Below are positions 8,312-16,698 of a stretch of 64,000 nt of DNA, in pieces (the stretch's first letter is position 1; every line of letters starts with the position of its first letter). The DNA is from an uncultured delta proteobacterium (GTDB lineage: Bacteria > Myxococcota > UBA727 > VGSZ01). Location of the stretch: the NCBI GenBank assembly GCA_963775425.1, contig CAVZJB010000009.1:1-64000 (forward strand). The letters run 5' to 3'. The notes under the pieces are model-generated. The model had not been told where the DNA came from, did no database searches, and saw only the letters and a program-made list of their open reading frames with translations. The position numbers and the translations under genes were made by a program.

Positions 8312-9667
8312 ATGCCACCTGAGCTCCTTGCGCGCCTCGCCGACGGACGCTTCCCGCTTTTCCACGCGATCAACCTTGGCGGCCTTCAATCCTACGTGGC
8401 GGCGCGCGCAGTGGTTTGTCGTGAGGACCTCCTCAAGGACGCTGCCACCGCGCCGTTCCGGTCAGATCCGCAAGACCGCAGTGTAGGTATTTTGGACCGG
8501 ACCTTCGGCAACATCTACGACTTTGGGGCGATCTATGCGCGCGCGCACGCGGCGGCGACACCGAACATCTACGGTGTAGTTCAGATTGTCCTGTCTCCCG
8601 AACTTTGGCGCATTATGACCGACGTAGTACTTACACCGCTCAGTGTCGTTAACTACGGCGCGGACTGGCGCAAATTCGCGATCAGCGACCATGAGATCGG
8701 TGTGATGATCGACCATGCACGGGTGAACGGCGGCGAAGTCCCGAGAAGGTTCACGTGCACCGAGATTTCCTGTAGTAACCGCGCGCTGTCGCTCGAAGCG
8801 TGTGTTGGGATAATCGTCGAGCCGCTGATTCTTGATGGGAAGCGCCTAGTCGACCGCGTCCGAGAGATAGTTGCGCCATTGCGCCTGGAGGCACTGGTAC
8901 AAGAACGAAACTACACGGGTCGGGACAAGGCTGCGCAAATCGCCGAGGCTGCTGATGCCGCAGCTCGTCTGGGCGCGACTCTCTCAACCAGGGATCTGAC
9001 GATCGCTCTTCCCGCCACGATCATCGGCTTCGACAAGATGCCCTCGGACAAGAGAGGCCGGTTCGATCAGTGGGCCGGCAACTTCTACCTCGACTGCGTC
9101 CGACCGATAGCTGAAGAGAAGGCGCCTCTCCCCGACCATGAGAGCGATGCCATCCTTGAGGAACTTGCGCTCCGTGATACGCAGCTGAGCGAACTGCGTT
9201 CGTGCCTGGCCTCGGAGCGCCCGACGGTTGAGGAGTTCCTTGTCGAGGAGATTTCTCGAATGCTGGCCGACAGAGAGGTCTTCTCGCCGCTCTTCTTGAG
9301 CGATGACGGTGACGGAACGATAGCGGACTACGGTACGCTCGACTCCTGCTACGTGAGCGTGAAGTCCGCGACTCCGAGCGGCGATTCTCTCGAGGACGTT
9401 GATGTTGAGGTTACGTTTGCTGATTCGACCTTCGACCTATTCGTCGACAAGCGAACATACTGGGCGGCCGGCGACGAGGACAATGAACCCGATGGGTATG
9501 AAGTTAATGATGGTGACTGGAGTGATCACTCGTTGTGGGCGATGTATCATGGAAGTCTGCGTGTCCACTTCAAGGCCAAGATCAACTTCTCCCGCGGCGA
9601 TGCTGATGACTTGAGGTTCGAGTCCGTTGAGGTGGAGGAACCCGACGAGCTCGAGCCGCTAGAGTAG
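8312..9667 (+). CDS. Hypothetical protein: putative ART/DarT-like N-terminal domain plus acidic C-terminal domain
   Basis: 451-aa ORF with protein-like composition. LFHA...PNIYG...TEIS pattern resembles ADP-ribosyltransferase-fold families (tentative). Confidence 0.6.
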   Translation: MPPELLARLADGRFPLFHAINLGGLQSYVAARAVVCREDLLKDAATAPFRSDPQDRSVGILDRTFGNIYDFGAIYARAHAAATPNIYGVVQIVLSPELWRIMTDVVLTPLSVVNYGADWRKFAISDHEIGVMIDHARVNGGEVPRRFTCTEISCSNRALSLEACVGIIVEPLILDGKRLVDRVREIVAPLRLEALVQERNYTGRDKAAQIAEAADAAARLGATLSTRDLTIALPATIIGFDKMPSDKRGRFDQWAGNFYLDCVRPIAEEKAPLPDHESDAILEELALRDTQLSELRSCLASERPTVEEFLVEEISRMLADREVFSPLFLSDDGDGTIADYGTLDSCYVSVKSATPSGDSLEDVDVEVTFADSTFDLFVDKRTYWAAGDEDNEPDGYEVNDGDWSDHSLWAMYHGSLRVHFKAKINFSRGDADDLRFESVEVEEPDELEPLE

Positions 9668-9830
9668 GCACCCCAACCGGCCGGGTGCGCCCGCGCTGTC
9701 CCCACCGTCGCCGTCGCGTCGCCCTCGCCGCAGGCGGGCGCGCGTACGGCGGCCACCGGAGCCGGAGCGAGCCCTCACATGTCACGGTTCTGCTGGCGAT
9801 CGCTCGCGAAGTTGAAGATGCTCGCACACG

Positions 9831-11201
9831 ATGAGTGCGGCCGGCGTGTTGAGAAAGAACCTCGAGCAGCTCGATGCGTGCAGCGCCGTCGAGATCGCTG
9901 GCGCTTTGCTCGCTTTCGGCCGCCATCGCACCAACCAATGGACTGCGGCGTTCACCACGGCTGGCGCCGAGCAGGCGTTCGACCAAGCGCGAGACGAAGC
10001 AGCGAAGTTCTTCTCGGAGTTCAGCGGTTCGCTGTTTTCGAAGGACGAGGTGAATGAGATCGCCGAGTTCGCGGAGAGCCTCGCACACGGGGCCAAGTCC
10101 GCGCTCCTTGCGGCACGAGCGATGGCTTTCGCGTTCGATGAGGTCTTCGGCGACAAGTTCGTGAATCCGTTTCAGGCGCGCGGGGCAACGGCGCTCACGG
10201 CCGACGCTCCCTTTCCGGTTCGGCACCACGATCCAGACTTCCTTGGACACGCGCCGGACGCGTCGCCGCGCCTGAAGCTGTTCCCGAGCGCGTCGCCGAC
10301 GGTGCCAGTCGTTCTGTCTTTCGAGCACGCATCCGCGCTGGCCAGTTTACCGGCGGACGCGTGTGTCGCTGCGATGCTGCCGAACGTCGCCGCGGCCGAA
10401 GTCCCGGCAGCGAAGGGCCTTGAGGACATCAAGAAACACTTCGAGGTTGACGCGACCGTCGAGGGCGAGCGGTTCTTCTGGGTGCGCACGACAAACCACG
10501 ATCAGGTCGAGCGGATCAAGCGCCTTGTCGCCGTAGCGGAGCAGCAAGGGGTTCACATCGCGTTGCTGCCGGAGCTGTGCGTCACGCACCAACAGCAGGT
10601 CGAGCTCGTCGCGTGGCTCTCAGAGCAGCGGAAATCGATGTTCTTGACGGTTGGGAGCGCTCACTTCGAAGAGGGCGGAAGGAGGATGAATCGCGCCAGG
10701 AGCTTCGTCTGCCCCGGCGTCGAGCTTGTCCATGAGAAGTTCAACCCGTACATCTTTGCCGGCGAGCTGCACGAAGACCTCCGTGAGACGAAGAGCGAGA
10801 TCCGGATCCATGCGCTTGGCGACCTGCGGACGCTCGTCGTGCTGGTTTGCAAAGACCTCCTGGCGCAGGAGGTGGCGAGGGTCATCGCGGACATGCGGTT
10901 GTGGCTCGTCCTCGTGCCCTCGCTCTCGCCGAAGGCCGACGACTTCCAGAACATCGCAGGGATCCTGGCCACAACAGCGCAGACGTCGCTGATTGCTGCG
11001 ATCGCATCCTTCGGAGATCCGACTGAAGCGGTCGTCGTGGCGGGGAGACCGCGGAAGGCAGCGAAATCGAACACGCCGGCGCACAGGACGCGTGCGGATC
11101 TGGGTGGCCCGGCGCTGGTCACGACTCGGCTGACGAAGGTCGAGAATAGCTCGGAAGATCAAGGGCTTACGCTGATCGTACACCGCCTCCAAATTGGTTG
11201 A
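9831..11201 (+). CDS. Carbon-nitrogen hydrolase (nitrilase superfamily) with N-terminal extension
   Basis: Glu-Lys-Cys triad motifs LLPELC, VHEKF, LVCKDLL. Confidence 0.85.
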   Translation: MSAAGVLRKNLEQLDACSAVEIAGALLAFGRHRTNQWTAAFTTAGAEQAFDQARDEAAKFFSEFSGSLFSKDEVNEIAEFAESLAHGAKSALLAARAMAFAFDEVFGDKFVNPFQARGATALTADAPFPVRHHDPDFLGHAPDASPRLKLFPSASPTVPVVLSFEHASALASLPADACVAAMLPNVAAAEVPAAKGLEDIKKHFEVDATVEGERFFWVRTTNHDQVERIKRLVAVAEQQGVHIALLPELCVTHQQQVELVAWLSEQRKSMFLTVGSAHFEEGGRRMNRARSFVCPGVELVHEKFNPYIFAGELHEDLRETKSEIRIHALGDLRTLVVLVCKDLLAQEVARVIADMRLWLVLVPSLSPKADDFQNIAGILATTAQTSLIAAIASFGDPTEAVVVAGRPRKAAKSNTPAHRTRADLGGPALVTTRLTKVENSSEDQGLTLIVHRLQIG

Positions 11202-11225
11202 CGAATGCTTGACAGCGGCTAGAAT
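11198..11225 (+). promoter_or_regulatory. Sigma70-like promoter, probably leaderless
   Basis: TTGACG-16 nt-TAGAAT; ATG 6 nt after the -10 box; no SD. Confidence 0.55.
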
Positions 11226-11231
11226 TACTTC

Positions 11232-12239
11232 ATGAAACCAGAGGCGCACCCTGGCCAGGCTCCTCGCGCGCGGCGGCGACGCTGGGCAGAGAAGGTCGTC
11301 GAGCTCATCAGCGCGAAACGTGATCAAGAGTCTCTGCGGATGGCAGCGTTGGAGATCGGCGACGCCGCACGGACTGAGGCTGATCCCGATGTGTTGCGCA
11401 GCCTTGAGAGCGAGCTCGCACGCCTCCCGTTCGAGTCCGATGTCCTGCGAGCCTATGCGCTCGCGCTGACGGACATGATCTCGGCGCTTGTGCGGCGTCT
11501 TGAGGGGGAGCTTGTTGACGAGCGCTCGTCGCAGCTCGCTATCCGTCGCGCGGAGTACTTGGAAGTGTTGCGCGAGGGGTCGCGCACACCTTCTCAGATC
11601 GCGACAGCCGTCAGCAAGGATCTCGGTCAAGTGTCGCGTGAGCTGGAGGGCTTGCGGCAAGCGGGCCTCGTGGAACTCTTCGCCGTCGACGACAAGCGAG
11701 AGCGGCCTCATCGGTTGACCCTTCGGGGCCGGCGCGCGTTGCCAGAAGCTCCGCCAACGAAGCGGGAATGGGAGATCGAGCACAGTGTTCCTGAGGCGAG
11801 CGCGGCCGTCTTCAGGCGGACGCTCTTCATTCACGCAACCGTGCGTGTCGACGTGACCATCGCGGAGCTGTTCACTGACTTGTGGCGCGAGAGCGAGGCG
11901 CCGCGTTTTCTCCTCGATCTCAAGATGCGCGCACCTCCCGATGAGACGTCGATCGTGATTCGATCCAATGCGACGCATGCGTGGCAGCAGCTGTTCTTTG
12001 CCTCGTCGTTCATGAAACGACGCTGGCGGGAGTGCTCGCTCATGCCAGACGCGATGGCGAACGACCACTTCGCGCAGGTGCCCGACGAGCGCTACGTCGT
12101 GATCTACGACGATCCGCGGCAAGAGCAGCTCGATCGCGCCAACGCTTTTGGCCGAAAGCTCCTGGGCAACGCGGACGGTCGCTTCTTGGTGAAGCCCGTT
12201 GGTGCCGAGCGAACTTTGGCGCTGGAGGCTCTGCCATGA
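11232..12239 (+). CDS. MarR/ArsR-type winged-helix protein with unassigned flanking domains
   Basis: TPSQIATAVSKDLGQVSRELEGLRQAGLV...RLTLRG wHTH. Confidence 0.78.
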   Translation: MKPEAHPGQAPRARRRRWAEKVVELISAKRDQESLRMAALEIGDAARTEADPDVLRSLESELARLPFESDVLRAYALALTDMISALVRRLEGELVDERSSQLAIRRAEYLEVLREGSRTPSQIATAVSKDLGQVSRELEGLRQAGLVELFAVDDKRERPHRLTLRGRRALPEAPPTKREWEIEHSVPEASAAVFRRTLFIHATVRVDVTIAELFTDLWRESEAPRFLLDLKMRAPPDETSIVIRSNATHAWQQLFFASSFMKRRWRECSLMPDAMANDHFAQVPDERYVVIYDDPRQEQLDRANAFGRKLLGNADGRFLVKPVGAERTLALEALP

Positions 12240-12883
12240 GCGCCCGCCGCGTGCTTGATCCCGACGTCATGCAGAAGCTGGTGACTGCCCGCGACGGCTT
12301 TCAGCAGCACGCCGATGCGTTGCGGCGGCTCTTGAGTCGCACCGGCTCGGTGCTCGATCATCACTTCGAGCTTCAGAGCGGCGCGCATGCGCAGTACTTC
12401 CTTCGCTTCGCGGATGCGGTGCGACGTCCCGAGGACGCATCAACTGTGGCGAAGGTCTTCTCCGGCTTGCTGCCGAAGGACTCTGTGCTGCTTTGCCCGG
12501 AGAGCTCCGGCGTCGCCCTCGCCGCCGCACTGCGAGATGAGCTCGGTGTCTCGCTTGCCGTCGTAGGGGTCGACCAACACCGCCGTCCGCTGAAGGAACT
12601 CCGAAGCGGAGATGTGAAGGGGCGTAAGACCTATGTCGTCAACGATGTCGTGACGACCGGATCCTCGCTCGAACAGCTTGCGATCGTCGCGCGCGAGCAT
12701 GGTGGCGAGCTCGCGGGAGCCATTGCATTCGCGGTACATGAGAAGGCGTCGCTTGAGACGCGTCCCGGGTTGGCTGGCCTCTCTATCCACATCCCGCTGA
12801 CCTTCCTGTGGAAGACCTATTCGGCACCTTGCCCGCTTTGCTCAACCGTCGGCCCAGCGATCCCCGCGTTGGAGCTCAACTGA
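12236..12883 (+). CDS. Type I phosphoribosyltransferase (PyrE-like)
   Basis: HFELQSG, PRPP loop VVNDVVTTGSS, C-terminal CPLC; ATGA overlap with the wHTH gene. Confidence 0.85.
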   Translation: MSARRVLDPDVMQKLVTARDGFQQHADALRRLLSRTGSVLDHHFELQSGAHAQYFLRFADAVRRPEDASTVAKVFSGLLPKDSVLLCPESSGVALAAALRDELGVSLAVVGVDQHRRPLKELRSGDVKGRKTYVVNDVVTTGSSLEQLAIVAREHGGELAGAIAFAVHEKASLETRPGLAGLSIHIPLTFLWKTYSAPCPLCSTVGPAIPALELN

Positions 12884-13068
12884 TGCGCCTGATGTCAAGG
12901 CCTCGCGTTTGCGACGGGCGCGGGTCCACGGATCTGCGGATCCGCGCGGGATCTAGCGTCCGCAGCGCTCTCGCCTTGCGTCGGCCGTTGTCGACGTCGA
13001 TCTAGTTTTGTTTCGCGGAGCGAAATCAAAAAAGATCCAACTCGATTAACGGTTGCCGTGTACCAAAC

Positions 13069-13097
13069 TTGCCGTGTGGTTGCGCGGTGGTTACGCT
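13069..13097 (+). promoter_or_regulatory. Sigma70-like promoter
   Basis: TTGCCG-17 nt-TACGCT; TTGCCGTGT direct repeat at 13053 and 13069; AAGGAGG RBS at 13131. Confidence 0.45.
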
Positions 13098-13141
13098 ATC
13101 CCTAGGCCGCGCCCCCTTCAGGTTCGGCTCAAGGAGGCGTC

Positions 13142-13438
13142 ATGAGCGTTCAGTCCATCAGTTACGACTTGCGCAAGCCCGGCCAGAACTATGCCGGGCT
13201 CATCCAGCAGTTGAAGTCGATCGGCGACTGGTGTCGCCCTACCGAGTCGCAGTGGCTCGTCGACACGTCGATGACGGCAGCGCAGTTGCGTGACCGACTG
13301 CTCCCCTTCATCGACGCGAACGACAAGCTGCTCGTCGCCGAGGTCACGGGCGTGATGGCGTGGCACGGCTTGGCGCCCGAGGTGGCGGAGTGGATCCGCA
13401 CCCACTTCCGCGGCGGTGCAGTCGGCCGGCGCTACTGA
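13142..13438 (+). CDS. Small Cas2/VapD-like ferredoxin-fold protein
   Basis: ISYDL...QNY...ESQWLV...DKLLV signature; strong RBS. Confidence 0.75.
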   Translation: MSVQSISYDLRKPGQNYAGLIQQLKSIGDWCRPTESQWLVDTSMTAAQLRDRLLPFIDANDKLLVAEVTGVMAWHGLAPEVAEWIRTHFRGGAVGRRY

Positions 13439-13446
13439 GGCACGTC

Positions 13447-13866
13447 ATGGCGTACAACGACGACGACCTCCGGCTCATCCACCAGAAGACCGACGGCCGC
13501 TGCCATCTGTGCAGGCGAGCGGTCCGCTACTCGCTCTACGGCGCGTACGAAGAGCCCGCGGGTTGGGCGGTCGACCACAGCAACCCGCGCGCGCGGGGCG
13601 GCACCGACCGCAAGAGCAACCTGTTGCCAGCGTGCTGTTCGTGCAATCGGACGAAGCGCGCTTCGTCGACGCGGAGCGCACGCAAGCGCAACGGGTTCAG
13701 CCGTCGCCCCAAGTCGCGCAGCGAGAAGACTGCGACGCGACAGAAGAACGCCGCGGTGGGCGGCGGCCTCGGTGCCGTCGCTGGTGGCCTGGTGTTCGGC
13801 CCCTTGGGTGTGCTTGCAGGTGCCCTCCTTGGCGGCGGCATCGGCCACGACCTTGATCCTGAGTAA
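13447..13866 (+). CDS. HNH endonuclease with C-terminal glycine-zipper/hydrophobic tail
   Basis: CHLC...VDHSNPRARGG...NLLPACCSCN; GGGLGAVAGGLVFGPLGVLAGALLGGGIG. Confidence 0.85.
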   Translation: MAYNDDDLRLIHQKTDGRCHLCRRAVRYSLYGAYEEPAGWAVDHSNPRARGGTDRKSNLLPACCSCNRTKRASSTRSARKRNGFSRRPKSRSEKTATRQKNAAVGGGLGAVAGGLVFGPLGVLAGALLGGGIGHDLDPE

Positions 13867-13880
13867 CGAAGAGGTGACCC

Positions 13881-15878
13881 ATGCCCGCGGACGGAGACAG
13901 TAGTCAGCCCAAGCTCAAAATTTCGCAGTGGTCGTTGTCGATCTGGCGGGTCGCCGCGTCGACCCTGGGGATCCCAGGCGACGCGCTTCGCACCGACGAA
14001 GAGCTCAGGGCATGGGTCTCGCGGCCGGGATTCGAGTCGCAGCCGCTCGTGAATGAGCTGCTCGAGCTCGAGGAAGAGTTTGGCATCGACGTGGGGCACG
14101 ACTTCCTCGACGAGGCCCTGCGGGAGCGCGCGGTAGATCCGGGCGCCTGGGGTCAGTTGTCCGCGCCCGACCTCGTCGCGCGCGCGTTCGTCGAGATGCA
14201 CGCCGAGGGCGCGCGCGGCGAGCAGCGTGTGCGAGACGCGTTCGTGAGCGCACGGTTTCGGACGGCGGCTGTCCACGGTCGAACGACCTTCGAGTTCGCG
14301 GGGGAAGCGGGACGTGCGTTGCCGCGTGACCTGCGCGCGTTGAAGGAGAGCTTGCGGCTGACGTTTTTCGGCGAGGGCTACGGGATGGACGTCGAGGCCG
14401 AGTACCTCGACGACGCGCTCTTCATCGGCCGCGGGGGCAAGTTGCGTGCGCCCGTGGTCGTCGAGAACGGGCAGCGCAAGGCGCTCCTGCATCGCCCGGC
14501 GGTCACCGACGTCTTGCGCTACAACTTGGTGACGGGGAAGCTGCGCATCACTGCGCGTTCGCGGCGCCTGGCTCGCATTTACGCTGACGCGCTTGGCGAG
14601 GTCTTCTTCGGGACGAAGGCACACTTCGCGGATGGTGTCGGGTTGACGCTTGAGCCGCTGAAGCGGGGACCGAGTGCGCTGGCGCCCCGGCCTGGCTCTC
14701 CGGTTGATCGGGTGACGCTGCTCAAGTTCACCGGATGCGAGGGTACCTTTCTCGGCGGCGGCGAAGCCGCGGACCTCGAGCGCTTCGTCGCGTCGTATCC
14801 GGAGATCGACCTCACCGAGGCTCGGCTCAAGATCGAGCTGAAGGACGGCACCCGCCTGATCGCGTACGTAAGGCCGCAGAAGGGTGTTGTCGTCGACAAG
14901 AAAGCGCATGAGGCGCTCGTTGAGGAGTACCTCACGCATGTCGGCGTGCGCGGCACAAAGGATGAGGCGCTGACGCTCTGGTCGGCCTTCCCGTGGGAGA
15001 TGAGGCAGGCGGACTGGCGCGATGTCTTCGGCAACGAGCTCGATGGGCTCGTCGCCGCTGGCGTGCTCGAGGGCATCAGGCTGCGCAGCGTGCAGAGCGC
15101 TGTCGGCGGGGACGAGCTCGTCGTTCATGCCGTGAGCGAAGCGGCGGGTGACTACTACGGCGTCGGACGTGAACCCGAGGACGGCGCGCGCGCGCTGACG
15201 GCGAGCGACATCGAGGGACTTCGGATGCTGCCGCGCGCGTTGGCCGAGCACATCGCCGGGCGCCTGCGCTGCGAGAAAAACATCGTTGAGCTCGATGACG
15301 GGCGGGTCTGGCGGCTTGGCCGCTGCGAGATCGGCGGCAAAGAGATCGAGCTCGTGCTCGTTGTCGCCGCGCCGTCGCGGCCGCTGCGCGAGATCACGGA
15401 GGTCGTGCTCGCCGAGACGAAGTTCATCGCGCTCGTCCCGAGCGGTGAGACTGTCGCTGGCCTGTGCACGGTGAGCGTGAAGTCGTGGTTGGACGCGAGC
15501 AGCACGAGGACGCGCCTCGCCGAGGCGCTCGGCGTAGCGGAAGCGTTGCCGCTCAACGAGCAACGGCCGGACGGAGTGGCGGTCGATCGTGCAAGCGGGT
15601 GCGTGGCGGTCTTCGGTTCGACGATCGAGCTCGGTGTGGACTCACCCCAGCTCAAGCTCATCGACGCGCTCGCAACGGCGTATCCAGCCGCAATGTCCAC
15701 GCATGAGCTGGACAAAATCGTCGGCGCTTGGGCGCGGCCCCTCGCAGCGATGAAGAGCGCGAAGTCCGATCTGAAGAAGGCGTTTGTCGCCGCCGGAGTC
15801 GACATCAACAAGGTCATGTCGAAGAAGGGCCAGGGGAACCTCCGGCTGATTGTGCCCGTGCCGGCAAAGGTTCCTTAA
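13881..15878 (+). CDS. Large hypothetical protein with C-terminal OmpR-like winged helix (putative regulator)
   Basis: 665-aa ORF with RBS. The last ~95 aa (VAVDRASGCV...QLKLIDALA...SDLKKAF...GQGNLRL) resemble a Trans_reg_C wHTH. Confidence 0.7.
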   Translation: MPADGDSSQPKLKISQWSLSIWRVAASTLGIPGDALRTDEELRAWVSRPGFESQPLVNELLELEEEFGIDVGHDFLDEALRERAVDPGAWGQLSAPDLVARAFVEMHAEGARGEQRVRDAFVSARFRTAAVHGRTTFEFAGEAGRALPRDLRALKESLRLTFFGEGYGMDVEAEYLDDALFIGRGGKLRAPVVVENGQRKALLHRPAVTDVLRYNLVTGKLRITARSRRLARIYADALGEVFFGTKAHFADGVGLTLEPLKRGPSALAPRPGSPVDRVTLLKFTGCEGTFLGGGEAADLERFVASYPEIDLTEARLKIELKDGTRLIAYVRPQKGVVVDKKAHEALVEEYLTHVGVRGTKDEALTLWSAFPWEMRQADWRDVFGNELDGLVAAGVLEGIRLRSVQSAVGGDELVVHAVSEAAGDYYGVGREPEDGARALTASDIEGLRMLPRALAEHIAGRLRCEKNIVELDDGRVWRLGRCEIGGKEIELVLVVAAPSRPLREITEVVLAETKFIALVPSGETVAGLCTVSVKSWLDASSTRTRLAEALGVAEALPLNEQRPDGVAVDRASGCVAVFGSTIELGVDSPQLKLIDALATAYPAAMSTHELDKIVGAWARPLAAMKSAKSDLKKAFVAAGVDINKVMSKKGQGNLRLIVPVPAKVP

Positions 15879-15886
15879 AGGTTCCT
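15866..15886 (+). promoter_or_regulatory. Direct repeat AAAGGTTCCT x2 (11-bp period) over the stop codon; candidate operator
   Basis: Copies at 15866-15875 and 15877-15886. Confidence 0.5.
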
Positions 15887-16030
15887 GTCCGAGCTCTTCG
15901 CGCGCCGCAGCAACCGACCTTTCTCCGACCCATCGACCTCCTCGCGGACGGCAATCTTTCTCGTGACGGCAGCGTGGTGCTGACGTCAACACGGACGGCA
16001 GCAAGGGCTGACGTCGAAACGAGAAAGAAA

Positions 16031-16666
16031 ATGACTGCGCTCGATAACAAGGACAACAAAGACGGCAACGACGAGCACAAGGACCGCTTGGTCCACGTGT
16101 TCATCAACCGCAAGCGCTTCGACGACCTGAAGCCGGTGCAGACCGGCAAGGCGTTGAAGGAACTCGCGGGCATCCCGCTGACGGACGTGCTCTTCCTCCG
16201 GCAGCCGGGGAAGGACGTGGTCGTCGGCAACGATGAGAAGGTGACGCTGAAGAACGGCGATCACCTCTACAGCCAACCGCCTGCGGACTACGGCAACGTG
16301 TCCCCGCAGGCCGCGAGCGTGCTCGACGGCCTCGAGGGGTTCACGCTGCAGCGGCAGCCGGATGGGTGGACGTTCGCGATCCACGACGCGTATGAGCTGC
16401 CGGACGCCTACGTGCCGCGTGTGGTGCGGTTGCTCGTCAAGTTGCCGCCGACGTTCCCGGATGCGGCGCCGGACATGTTCTTCGTCACGCCGATCTTGCG
16501 CGTGACGAACGGCGCGCCGCCCCGGGGCACGTCGACGACGACCATTCTCGGTCAAGGGTGGCAGCAGTTCAGCTGGCACCTGAAGCCGGGAGCGTGGATG
16601 CCGGGGGTGAGCACGTTCCGCGACTTCATGCGGTGTGTGCGGAGCCGCCTCGAGAAGCGCGACTAG
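16031..16666 (+). CDS. Ubiquitin-like (multi-ubiquitin type) domain fused to a prokaryotic E2 (family E type)
   Basis: Ubl VFINRK...TGKALKELAGI...HLYSQPPADYG, then E2 LPPTFPDAAPDMF...WQQFSWH...W.PG. Confidence 0.85.
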   Translation: MTALDNKDNKDGNDEHKDRLVHVFINRKRFDDLKPVQTGKALKELAGIPLTDVLFLRQPGKDVVVGNDEKVTLKNGDHLYSQPPADYGNVSPQAASVLDGLEGFTLQRQPDGWTFAIHDAYELPDAYVPRVVRLLVKLPPTFPDAAPDMFFVTPILRVTNGAPPRGTSTTTILGQGWQQFSWHLKPGAWMPGVSTFRDFMRCVRSRLEKRD

Positions 16667-16698
16667 GCCGACGAACAACAACAAAGAAGGAGGTGTGT

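Noticed and set aside
12236-12883. Housekeeping pyrE
   Set aside because: Divergent, located in an island, coupled to a wHTH gene and without other pyr genes; symbol withheld.
13142-13438. cas2 as evidence of a CRISPR-Cas locus
   Set aside because: No cas1, effector genes or array in the window; treated as a stand-alone Cas2/VapD-like protein.
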